A stretch of DNA of 64,000 nt from Octopus sinensis (lineage: Eukaryota). The position numbers and the translations under genes were made by a program. Shown here one piece after another: positions 1 to 10,805 of this stretch. The DNA is taken from the NCBI RefSeq assembly GCF_006345805.1, contig NC_043000.1, forward strand, positions 59,024,001-59,088,000, read 5' to 3'. How positions within the stretch are numbered: the first letter of the stretch is position 1; every line of letters starts with the position of its first letter. The notes beneath the pieces were generated by a model that had not been told where the DNA came from, made no database searches, and saw only the letters and a list, made by a program, of their open reading frames with translations.

Positions 1-480
1 AGAAAGCCTCCAATTTTTAATCCCTTTTTTCATGCTTAATCCTCCCTCTTCATTTTCTATCATTTTTGCACCCCATTTCTCTATCTATTTTTTCTCAACA
101 TGCTAAATCATTGGCGCTATGTAGAACATCTTTCTCTTTTACATATTTTTAATACACTAACTTTAAGCTCCACATTTAACTGTTGTAAGTCAGTTCACTC
201 TCAGAGAAGACTTGGAGTAGTGAATTTCTTAAAATAGATAATCTTCTACTACCCTCATTTGAATTCAATTCAAACAATTCAAAACAATTCAAACTGAAAT
301 TGCATAGAGTTCAGCCTCACATATCAGTAAATTCAATAATAATCTGCAATAACTCAGAGTTTCTCTTTATTTCAATTTTTATAATTAACCTAAAAAAACT
401 GATCTTCAATAATATAATATAGTTGAAATAAATTCACTGCAACTTGTACTAATATAATTGTAATTACAACACATATGTAC

Positions 481-639
481 CATTTAATGCTGCTTTAAGC
501 TTTGCTGGGGTATTTGTTGCTCGTGACCATCTGATTTTGCTACCATCTCTCTCTGCTTCTTCAAAATAATATAATATGTTCAATTCTGGTCCAACACGCA
601 ATATTGGCAGTCTCTGACGCAGAAAACCAGGAAGAAGTC
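481..639 (-). CDS. FAM151: FAM151/menorin-family protein, coding exon 2 (gene continues off the left edge)
   Basis: AG acceptor after a T-tract (640-641), GT donor (480-479), 159 nt, phase 1-1. Translates LLPGFLRQRLPILRVGPELNILYYFEEAERDGSKIRWSRATNTPAKLKAALN, resembling the recalled FAM151B segment NILEYF...DGAEITWYHAANHKAQTNEALK and FAM151A ...AALN, with a phase-1 intron after AALN. Confidence 0.8.
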
Positions 640-1689
640 CTACAAAAAAAGGAAAAATAAAAAATATATTAGCACAAAGACAGAATATAATTTTGCTTTT
701 TCAATGATATGATAGAGTGTAAAAATTTGTTTTGAAAAATAATCTTAAATTGAAAAAAATTAACTATTAAGTTTTACTTTTTGCCCAAATAAAAATCAAG
801 TCCCACATTAGATAAAAACCTGACAGAAACATTATTTGATGTGATGAGCCTATAGACAGCAGGTCAGTCAGTCTCAAGCATTTAATCAGCATTTTGTAGA
901 TTTTTTAAAGTAAAGCTAATTGCTGTTTTGCACACTTGTTGAATCTGGTCCATATAGCTGTCAGGATTTATAATATGACATAAATCATATTAGAAGAGAA
1001 ATCGTATAATTGCAAAAGTGATTCTGCCAGTGTTCTCCAGAACAACCTTGATTGTGTAGACCAATTATCGGAATTGTTCTAGTTATGACCATCAAGTCAT
1101 AGTGGATTTTAAAGTTAGCTAATTCAACAGTCACTTTGATTCCTCATTTTAATTCTCAGAGGGTAGCCTATTCTACTGATGAGGTTGATGCAGTTACTGT
1201 TCATTTTGAGCATAAAGGAGAGAAGCAATTCCAGGGAGACACAGTTTGGGAATCGACTGAGGTCAAAGTGTTAGTCCAAGGTTAGCAGGAATACAACAAA
1301 GTAGGGATAACTAGAAAGGGGTGGCAAGTATATTATGTGGGCTTTGACTGTGGCAGTACAAAGCTGGATTGTTCAGGGATCAAGGAACTACTGTAGTAAT
1401 GGAAGAAGAGATTGAGGGAAGAGAAAGTGTGTAGATGGGCTAATATTTTGGGGAGCAAGTAGATTGATGAAGTCAGTTACTTAGAAGCTTTATTAGTGGA
1501 AATAAACAAATGACATTAATTTACAAAATAAATAAATAAAAAGAGTTTAGATTTGTTAAAACTTAATTTTATGTTCCACAAATGTGTATTTTATTGAGCC
1601 ACCAAGTTGGGAAATAATTATCATAGTCTAATAAGTCGAGAGTTTTTGTAAGATCAAATTGATTTGAGTAAAGTTTTAACTATCTAAAC

Positions 1690-1864
1690 CAGTGGTTCCC
1701 AAACTATGAGTCGCGACCCACAGATGGGTCGCAAAAAGTTATAAAATTACGCATTAGCTTTGATTAACTGCTGTCTATCGAGATACTCAATAAAGTTAAG
1801 TGGGTCGTCATAAACTGGTGTGATAAATAGTGGGTCGCGACTCTAAAAAGTTTGGGAACCGCTG
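1690..1864. mobile_element. hAT (Charlie-like) MITE
   Basis: TIRs cagtggttcccaaact / agtttgggaaccgctg. Perfect 8-bp TSD ATCTAAAC at 1682-1689 and 1865-1872, matching the NTCTARAN-type target. Confidence 0.9.
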
Positions 1865-2994
1865 ATCTAAACATTAGCTGATTATCAGTTTGAGTTGACT
1901 GTTATCAATTCAAGCATGATCAACCAAATAAATTTCCGTCATGAAAAGCTCTTCTTTTTGAATAGCTAGGGGCTATATTAACCGGTGCGTCCTTCTGTTT
2001 TAAGACGGTAGAGGGGCAATTCGAAGGAGATGACTACTGTTTCTTACAGGTCGGGTAACCAGGTATAAATTATCTCGTTGGTTCATAATTGTGAAAAGTG
2101 ATCTTGATTTGAAATATTCTCTATCTAAAGCCTGCTCATACTAAGTATATCTCAAACATTAACAATTTAAAGTTGCCCGCACTTTTTAGAACTGAAATTG
2201 TTAAAGTTGCCAACAAATGCAGTGCACATATATTTTCATCGTGGGTTTTAATGTAAAGAGACAAAAGTTAAAGCTGAAAATGCCAGAAGTTAGCAAATTC
2301 GAAGTGCAATTACAGAGTTTGACGGATAGGTAGCGTTCTTAATCCATTTCCTTATGGTAATAACTACGATGTTATAAACAGACAACAAAGAATGGTAAAA
2401 TAAGCATGGAGCAAAGAATTTCTGGCTGGCATTGCACAATTATTTTGAAAAAGAAAAAAAAAATCCTGATGATTACGAAGCTTTGCACAAACCCTAGAGT
2501 GATTTTTTTTTTACCTTTTTTAAAATTTAATTTAATACTAGCGATGCTGTTGGTTTACTGTATGACATTTCGTTATATTAAGGAGATCTTTTGAAAGTAA
2601 TGGTAGTAAAATTATGAAAATAATGAGAATTGAAATAGTTTTAATATCAAAGCTAATGGTAATTGATAAATGAGCAACATGTTCAACATGAGAGGCTACT
2701 ATGTAGTCGTTCGACTTTCTAGAAATAGCAATCAAATCTTCCTTAAACCGCAACCTACTATCTTAAAAATTAACACATTGAACAGTGTGATCTTATTAAT
2801 ACTTTCTAAGAAAGACAGGATGTTCACGGTTAGAATAGTTTTGATCATAGTTCCGCTCGGTCGGAGCTACGTGGGACTAAACATCTCACATACGTAAACA
2901 TGCAACGTGTGATATGTATGCTTTTGATCAAGTGGATCAACTGGTTAAATAGTTATATTTCCTTAACATTAACAAAACAAAAAGCTATATTTAC

Positions 2995-3121
2995 CTCCAT
3001 TAACAGAGATCCATATGATAAGTAATATTAAAAATAAAAGAAACCGCACTAATACAGACTTCTTGAAGTATCTTTGACCTAGCAACTGTGAAATTTTCGT
3101 TTCCAAAATATTAGTCGCCAT
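2995..3121 (-). CDS. FAM151: FAM151/menorin-family protein, first coding exon with N-terminal hydrophobic anchor
   Basis: aagATGGCG start context. 127 nt = MATNILETKISQLLGQRYFKKSVLVRFLLFLILLIIWISVNG + 1 nt, ending at GAG|GTAAAT (phase 1), which joins exon 639-481 in frame. The hydrophobic stretch fits the FAM151A-type N-terminal TM/signal anchor. Confidence 0.75.
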
Positions 3122-4212
3122 CTTTACACCTGAGTTGTAATTATTTGACTTTCAGGTCACGATTAACACTAGAAATGGCATTATCTAAAAATATGCACAA
3201 AATTCTAAACAATTAGTAATTTTAGATTCCAGGTAAGTTATAAATACATCACTAAATGAAGCAGTGGGAAATATTAATTTCTGCTGTAAATGAATCTTGG
3301 TAATTATCTCCCTTAGATATTTTAAAATTTCACGCAGGTGATTTTTATTTTTAACTTTCGTTTCTTTATTTTGTTCCTTTTACTTTTCTTTTCACCCCCA
3401 AAACAGTCATATGATTAAGGATAACTAATATGGGTGTTATATGACAATACAGATGTTTCTATTTATATCCACTAATTTACAACGCTGGACTTCTGATGAA
3501 TGTTATTACAATATACGAGCTTCCTATCCAAGAGGAGATTTGTTTCTCATCTGTATTGAAGGTCACGCTTATTTCAAGGGCATTAAATAACGGTAATATT
3601 AGAGAAATTATCCAAACAGTAAACGGAAAGTGAGCCCGAATCCAAGCTAAACTACAGCTAATTTTTACTTTAAAACTGTTATTTGAAAGGTGAAGCTTGA
3701 TTATCAAAGTTTCTTTAATTGCCAGAATCTCTTAAGGACAACATTCAGCATTTTGATATTAGCATCCGCAAGACTGTTGTTTGAAGATATGCAAAAATGT
3801 ATTCATAAAGCTTCTATGACGATTTCTTCATTTTGTCGTAATTAGAATTGCCTGCTGCATTTAGAACATGGGTTTTGTTAAATATTTGTACTATATGGGT
3901 AGAAATGTAAAGTTAATGATATAAAAAGTTGAGTGGAAATGAAAGTGAATGTAATGTAGAGTTAAAAACTGTAAGAGCTATTTTCCACGTAGGCACATTG
4001 TCAAAGATTTTGGAGTGGATGTAATCAATTTTATCGAACCTAGTTCTTGGCTGGTACTTCATTTTATTAATCCCGGAAATACCGCGAGGTATTTTATCTC
4101 ACGCTTGCTCTTTTGCTGCCCTTGTAACTGAATGATATTGCTTAGAAAAAGTATGTCTAGATTTTCCTGAAGTTTCTCAATTCCAGAACTCTTCATCGAT
4201 TGGAATGGAAGT

Positions 4213-4335
4213 CGCATTACTCGCCAAAATGAAGTAAATCTAATTATTAAACAATCCTTAGCCAGAGTAAATATCCCTGCAGTTGTAGAACTAGTGGGAT
4301 TGTCCAGGGATCATGGGAAGAGACTAGTGGACTTA
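4213..4335 (+). mobile_element. Fragment of a CRE-like non-LTR retrotransposon (restriction-like endonuclease region)
   Basis: Translates RITRQNEVNLIIKQSLARVNIPAVVELVGLSRDHGKRLVDL, resembling the recalled RH..VN.II.RAL...IP...EP.GL.R.DGKRPDG motif; degenerate. Confidence 0.6.
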
Positions 4336-4604
4336 TTTGTCAACCTTTGCTATTTGAAACGATTGTGGGTTGTAGACCGCCTATGAGGAAGTTTGAAGTT
4401 TCGTTAGTATATTTTTTTCTATTCTAGGTAAAAGGCCCGACATTTTTGTGGAGGGGGCAGTTGTTTAGATCTACATCAGTACACAACTGGTACTTAGTTT
4501 ATCAACCTCGAAAGGATGAAAGGCAAAGTCGACCTTAGCGGAATTTGAACTCAGAATGTGTTAACATTTCTGCCAGCTCACCACATTGTTTCGTTAGTAT
4601 ATTT

Positions 4605-4821
4605 ATTTCTTTATTGCACACAAGCGGCTAAACATAGAGGGGACAAACAAAGGGATTAAGACGATTATATCAACCCCTGTGCATAAATTGTACTTATTTA
4701 ATCGACCCCGAAAGGATGAAAGGCAAAGTCGACCTCGGCAGAATTTGAACTCAGAACATAACGGCAGACGAAATACCACTAAGCATTTCGTCCTGCATGC
4801 TAATGTTTCTGCCAGCTTGCC
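4605..4821 (-). mobile_element. tRNA-derived SINE family A (octopus-type), representative copy
   Basis: Core gaaaggatgaaaggcaaagtcgacctcggcggaatttgaactcagaac. Other copies at about 4430-4590(-), 9880-10040(-), 16300-16440(-), 27493-27703(-), 38226-38440(+), 39826-40030(-), 52729-52940(+), 57712-57916(+), 59638-59863(+) and 62163-62556(-, tandem pair). Confidence 0.85.
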
Positions 4822-4905
4822 ACTCTGTTTGGTTAGTATATTGTCTTATAAGGGAAAAGAAAGGTTCATCATACCAGTAGAGTATCACCTCTCATTCTAA
4901 TTATT

Positions 4906-5293
4906 TGTCTTACGGATCTGGATGGCGAAAGAAGAAGCTCACAAGCAGATGCAATTCAATAATCGTTTATTGTGATTCCCGATCTTGTGTCCCGTTCTAG
5001 CTGTCCATCTTCAAGGCAGCGCATGGTGTGATATCTCCGCTCACGTGAGATACATTATCTCTGGAGAATAACATGTGGTTAGAGTGGGTTAGTCCGCTGT
5101 AGCTTCCTGCATCATAGTGTCCCTCAGCATAAGCAAGCTGGAGAAGACTAAGAGGTTGAACGTCTTTCGTACCTGCGTAAATAGCTGTTGTTGAGGAGAG
5201 AGCATTGTTGTGGTGTCGTGCATAGCAATGGTTGTATGCGAGATCTTGCTCTTGTCTAGGACAGAATAATGGCTGCCAGTGAGATCTGGTACA
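4906..5293 (-). mobile_element. Possible solo-LTR-like element (unclassified)
   Basis: GC-richer block reading TGT...ACA on the minus strand, with AATAAA (4971-4966) about 60 bp before the end. No TSD found. Confidence 0.3.
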
Positions 5294-5440
5294 AAATAGC
5301 GCTTTATCTGATACCAAAGTATCAGATAAATTTCATAAGGGAGCTTGGCTGTTCCAACGCCTCAACATCGCAATCATTTGCTAGGTAAAACCATGACTAT
5401 TTGAGTGGCCACTATTTTTTTTTAAGATAACAATATTAAT

Positions 5441-5834
5441 GGGCATACCTACACAAGTGTGCCCATCACACTCACTAACTTTGTTTCCTCATAACTTGCA
5501 GAAAAATGGATGTGATATGTGTCAGTATGTATGTATTGCGCACCTACCATTTTTTGTTTTCTCTTCTTTTCACATTAACTTCCTATATAATCGTAATCTC
5601 TACACTCTGAAAGGTATTTATGAAAAATTTCCATTTTTCTAAAAGTTATGAAAAACAAAGCCGCCTCGTGTGAATTTTCTGAAGCTCTTCTCCCCACCTT
5701 CAGAAAATGTTTTCACTGCATATTCCGATATAATCGGAATTTACATCATCTGAAATGTATTTGTAGACGATTTCATTAACAAATATCTATTTTTCTGAAA
5801 GTTATGAGAAGACAAAGTTGAGTGAGGTATGCCC
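5441..5834. mobile_element. Fold-back MITE-like element
   Basis: Imperfect inverted arms gggcatacct...ctcactaactttgtttcctcataacttgcagaaaaatgga (5441-5510) versus the reverse complement of 5787-5834, plus an internal partial copy at about 5635-5660. TSD unclear. Confidence 0.55.
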
Positions 5835-6129
5835 ACTAATGATTCCTGATCCGATTGTATAAATTGGGAGAGTGTACACACTTCTTTATTATATTTATAT
5901 TTAACTGATTTCGTTTTCTTTTGAAATTATTTTCCACTATACTTTTTTTGCTATTGCATGAATTACCTAATTCAATAACTAGTCTAGTGGTAATAGTTGG
6001 GCTCATGATCACATGGTCATGGGTTTGATTCCTGGATAGGGTAAAGTGTTAAAAATAAGAACAATGAAATTACTGTGTATAGTGCTCAGGTGCACTAATG
6101 CAAGATATTAGATGTTGCTTCAGTTTATT

Positions 6130-6470
6130 AAGCTAGTGCAACTTTCTCTCTCCTCCAGCTGGCACATTTTTGATGTTCTGTTAGTTGAATGGTTGAAGTG
6201 AAGAGAGGGTGTCTATGTCTGCTCGTGACTATATACAGTCCTGTTATAAGGCATGGGCATGCTGGGTAGATAGTTATTCAAGAGTGGAGACAGATCTGGT
6301 GGCCTAATGCTAATCTCTGTATGCTGTGACTAGCTGTCTATGAATGTAGGGGCTCAAGTACTTTGCTTCACCCAGAGGCATATAATGCTTGTCAAGATGG
6401 CCTTGACTACATATGCCTCTTAAACATTGAAAGTGTGGCACATACTACTAAGTCATATTCATTTGCAAGT
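6130..6470 (-). mobile_element. Degenerate L2/Crack-like LINE RT C-terminal fragment
   Basis: Appears related to the plus-strand fragments at about 40660-40900 (LQVGPTLEHCLHI..., cf. VRPTLEYCSHIW) and about 44740-44950; heavily decayed. Confidence 0.4.
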
Positions 6471-6542
6471 CATGGCTCTACTTTTATACACACACACACT
6501 CACATACATATATGCATACACTTATACATACGTACATATATA

Positions 6543-6591
<49 letters not shown>

Positions 6592-6598
6592 CTGTTGT

Positions 6599-6656
6599 CT
6601 TCAACTCTGTGAACTTGTTAGTTGCCATTGTGTTGCTCTTGATCTGAGGGGACATG
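6599..6656 (+). pseudogene. PPME1: Orphan exon resembling protein phosphatase methylesterase 1 (alpha/beta hydrolase DLRGHG motif)
   Basis: 58 nt = LQLCELVSCHCVALDLRGH + G, followed by a GTAAGT donor. Matches the recalled human PME-1 segment AAIISRVQCRIVALDLRSHG. No AG acceptor; a TA microsatellite lies upstream, and no neighbouring exons were seen. Confidence 0.6.
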
Positions 6657-7099
6657 GTAAGTATATATTTTCTATAATTCTTCATCATTGTTCATTTATT
6701 TCCCATTTTCCTTTTTTCTTTTCTCTTTATTTCAGACATTAGACTGTGGCCTTGCTGGAGCACTGCTTTGAAGAATTTTAGTGAAATGAATCAACCCCAG
6801 GACTTAAGTTTTGAAAACCTGGTACGTATTCGAGCCTCTTTTGCTGAACTGCTAAGTTGCTGGGACATAAACACACCAATACTAGTGGTGGGGGACAAAC
6901 ACAAATACAAAGAGACACATACATAGATATATATGATGGGCTTCTTTCAGTTTCTGCCTACCAAATTCACACACAAGGCTTTGGTCAGCCTGAGCCTATA
7001 GTAGAAAACACTTGCCCAAGGTGCCATGCAGTCGGACTGAAGCTGGAACAATGTGGTTAACAAAAATATGTAGTTGTTAATGTGAATATTTTCTATAAG

Positions 7100-7590
7100 A
7101 TTCAAAAAAAAAAATTTAGATAGCGATATGTTGTGCTTGAGAAGACCCTTCAAGCCAACTGAAAATGCAGTTGTGGCTGATACTGGTCTCATGCAACTGG
7201 CACCTGTGCAGGTGGTACATAAAAGCATCTTTCAAGCATTGAGCCTCACAGAGCCAAAGTGGTTGAGCTTCTTTCAAATGTTCGACCTCACAGAGGCAAT
7301 GACTGAGACCTTTGGGCATTATGTTGTGCTTGAGAGGAAGACCCATCAAACCAAGTGAAGTTGCAGTTGTGGAAGATACTGGTGTCACACAAATGGCACC
7401 CATGAAAGTGGCACGTAAAAGCACTTTTCAAGCATTGGGCCTCATGGAGACAATGACCAAGTCTATTTGGCATTATGCCATGCTTGAGAAGACTCATCAA
7501 GCCAAATAAAACTGCAGTGGTAGCAGATACCAGTGTCATGCAAATGGCACCCATGTCAGTGGCACATAAATGCACCCATTACACTCTTGT
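7100..7590. repeat. Diverged tandem array (about 190-200 bp units) of a SINE-associated repeat
   Basis: Recurrent atgttgtgcttgagaagacc...caagcc...gcagt.gtgg..gatactggtgtcatgcaaatggcacc units. Related sequence at about 47520-47880 and 50870-51260. Confidence 0.65.
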
Positions 7591-7859
7591 TGCTCAACCT
7601 GAAAGAAACAGCTGTTAATTTTCCTCAAATCACCATATTAAAGGAAAAGGAAAAACATGTTTGATAAGATAGTCTCAAATATATGTCTGAAGATAAGGCG
7701 TGATAATTATGGTTGGTATGCCTTTAATCATAGCTATGGTTTGTTCATCATCTGTGGCAGTAGTACTGAGGTTGTTGGTTACCTCCTCTGTGTCACTAGT
7801 CCCAGACTAGTCATCGTTTCTGGCTGTGGCAATTGTACTGGTGTGAGACCTGATTAATC

Positions 7860-8724
7860 TGCTATTATTGCTGTTGGATGGTACATCACTGGTAATGCAG
7901 ATAGCAAGTCTAGGTGTCACTGTAACTTCATAGATTACTTTTTCGGCCTCACATTAGCCTCCTACTGGACAGTTATTGTATACCCTGCAAGAGCAACCTG
8001 CCTCCCCTCGTATTGTGGGTGCTTGTTAGAATGCTTTTTATGTTAGGTGCACAACGAAAGGAGACTCTTAGGTTGTGCCTGTTAAATAATTGCTTGTGTC
8101 TATGCGTGTGTGTGAAATGTTTATCTATTAATCTAAATAAAATCCTTCCTACACAAGTCTTGACATTGAGTGAGAAGGGTGGAGCAAACCAAACGGCATT
8201 TCTACAGCGCTTCCTTTTCTGGGTGTTAGGGCCTGGCATGTAGGAGATGCAAGCCTTAAACACACTCAATGCTAGTACCTTGCTGTAGTAGAGGGAAGTA
8301 GCATTGAAGACATCTTGGTTAGAGGATATATTCGAGATCCTCTTGCTTACACCCTTCACTAGGTTCTTGAACACTATAAGGAGGTGGCAGAAGGTTGTGG
8401 ACAGCTTCTCATTTGGCTTGTGATAGGGCATGTATGTACCAGAGCCCAGATCTACAGTAACATCTAGGAAATCTACTGTGGTAAGATTAATTTCAATAAT
8501 GATCTTGAGTCCTATTGAGCTTAGGGCCCTAATTAGGTTTTTCAAAGTCTATCTAGTGTGTGCCTGTTGGCTTCTCTAGAAATGGCTAGGGCATCATATC
8601 TGTAGAGACCGAAGAGGACTGAAGGAAACCTCTTCCCTAAGGTGTCTGATGAACTGTCCGTAAGCCTGTGGCTTTTGTGGATATGAGACCTTTGGTAATT
8701 CTATGACCAGAATTTAAGTTATTG

Positions 8725-8725
<1 letters not shown>
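7860..8725 (-). mobile_element. Penelope-like retroelement fragment (RT C-terminus, thumb, Cys-rich linker into GIY-YIG)
   Basis: ORF 8545-7973 has FLDVT and WFAPPFSLNVKTCVG...LIDKHF...FNRHNLRVSF. Upstream lies FGLYRYDALA (degenerate YRDD) and downstream CPVEG*C...VIYEVTV. Stops and frameshifts present. Confidence 0.8.
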
Positions 8726-8782
<57 letters not shown>

Positions 8783-10649
8783 CATACATACATACATACA
8801 TACATACATACATACATTATTCTTTAACTAGAATAATATTGGCAGTAACTCCAAAGTTTCAGCTTACTAAGCTATCATTGGACTGTGATTCATTAAGTTA
8901 ATTTTGGCTTTATATAGTCTCTGTTACAATAAATTTGTTTCCAGGGTTTACTGAGCTCAGTTGAGTAGTAATTAGATTATAAGATGGGTTGTGATGGAGA
9001 GATATGAAGAATCTTTTATTGATTAAATGTGGGTTTATACTTTTGTTCAGAATTTATTCATGCATGTATACTTTGTAAACAAGTGTGTCTATTTAGGTGT
9101 GTCAGCTTTAGGTCATGGGGTTGTTTTTTTAGTGGTTCACAAAAGAGAATGCTAGGTTGAGGTAAGTTTTGGACAGCAGATGTGTCATTGCTTTTAGTTA
9201 CTTTTAATTTTTATTGGATTTAATCCCCTGTTTCAGCAATGTGATGTGTATGTGTGTGTGTGTTTTTTGTGGTGCATGTGAATGTGGGTAGAGGTGCGCA
9301 AGTATGGAAGAAGAGTGGTATGTTGGGTATTGGTGTGTGTGTATGTGTTATAGTTAAGTGTGTAGGTGAAATATGATAAAAAATTGGGAGTTTGTGACAT
9401 TCAGTCAGTTTCTTTGACTACCATTTGCTGTTGATGTTTAGCTCCAGATATATTTTATGAACTATTTGATTTTCAAATTTATCAGTCTCGGTTATGTTTA
9501 TAAAGTATATTCTGTTTTACATTCATTTTTTCATGCTTGCATGGATGTATTAATTTTGTTGTAGAAGTTTACACAACCAGATGCCCATTCTTCTCCTAGA
9601 CATCTAATTGTTGTAAGGTGTAACCTACGAATTGACAGTCAGATCAACTGGCTTAGAGCAAAACACAACTGTTGTAAGGTTCAAACTTATGAACTAGGAA
9701 TCCAGTACCTCATTTTCACACCTATTATACTTCTTTACATAAACATTTATATGATTGTTATTTTTTCTTTACTATATTGTACATTATGGAAAGACTGTCC
9801 TCACTGGAGAATATCAGGAACAGTTTTTAAAAAAATTTGTTATTTAATTTACTGCTTTCTACTATATGCACAAGGCCTGAAATTTCACACCAATCCCAGT
9901 GTTCAACTAATCTTAATTTTATTAATCCTGAAAGAATGGAAGGCAATGTTGACCTCAGTGGAATTTGATCTTACAATGTAAAACCAGAAGAAATGCTGCA
10001 AAGCATTTTGACTGGTGTGCTAACAATTCTGCTAGTTTGCTGCCTTTGTTATTTAATTTATTGATTATAAATATGGAATCAGTGAAGTTGAGGTCAAATT
10101 GAAAGGACTTTAACCTTGACTTTTGATTTGCTTCATGGTGGTTTATTGTCTCTTTCTTTCACTTGCTTTGCATAGTATTTCAACCTTGCTCATTTATTTT
10201 CCATCCTTCATTATTTTCTTATTTTTATCAATTATGGAGATGTTTCTTTTAACGTATCCAAAGTTTTAACCTTCTTTACTCATTTCGAATACTTTCCTTT
10301 GGACTATGAAAATTTTAAGTAGCCCCTTTTTTCAAACACTTTTCCTCTCCATTAGTTTTATATGTACCTACTGAGATTTTCCTGCGCTTAATTTACATTA
10401 GAATGTTTCCCCAATTACAGCACATATCTGAAGAGGCAAGCTGTCTACTCTAGTATGCAAAAAAAAAAATAATAATAAATAAACGAAATCAAGTAAAGTA
10501 CATTGATTTTTATGTGCACAAAATTATTTTGTTTTGCTTCAACTTATTTGCCTTCAGTAACAAAAAATTGAATTCATTTTCCTGTATTTTCGCTAAAACT
10601 TATTGATACGTTTTTCTGATTGAGATATAACATATTAATAATAAGCACG

Positions 10650-10805
10650 GTCTCTAAATGACGCATTAAAATGAAATTAATTGTTTGATTGCTAATTAAA
10701 ACAAGGGAAGTAATTCAGGTTTTCCAATGTCCACACTCCCGATTATGGAATAAAGGTGGGGAAACTGAAGACAAATGAGAAAGAAGGCAGCAAACGGAAG
10801 TGAGT
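10650..10805 (+). promoter_or_regulatory. Probable IPO13 promoter / non-coding first exon
   Basis: Onset of a CpG-richer zone, CRE half-site TGACGCA near 10659, and ETS motif CGGAAGTG (10795-10802) overlapping a consensus donor GAA|GTGAGT at 10800-10805. Inference only. Confidence 0.4.

Noticed and set aside
2364-2432. Minus-strand signal-peptide-like ORF MPARNSLLHAYFTILCCLFITS* as the FAM151 first exon
   Set aside because: It ends in a stop with no good phase-1 donor. Exon 3121-2995 has a strong donor in the correct phase.
5308-5316. TGGTATCAG on the minus strand, resembling a tRNA-Met primer-binding site
   Set aside because: It is on the wrong side of the putative LTR for a PBS and is explained as one arm of the hairpin.
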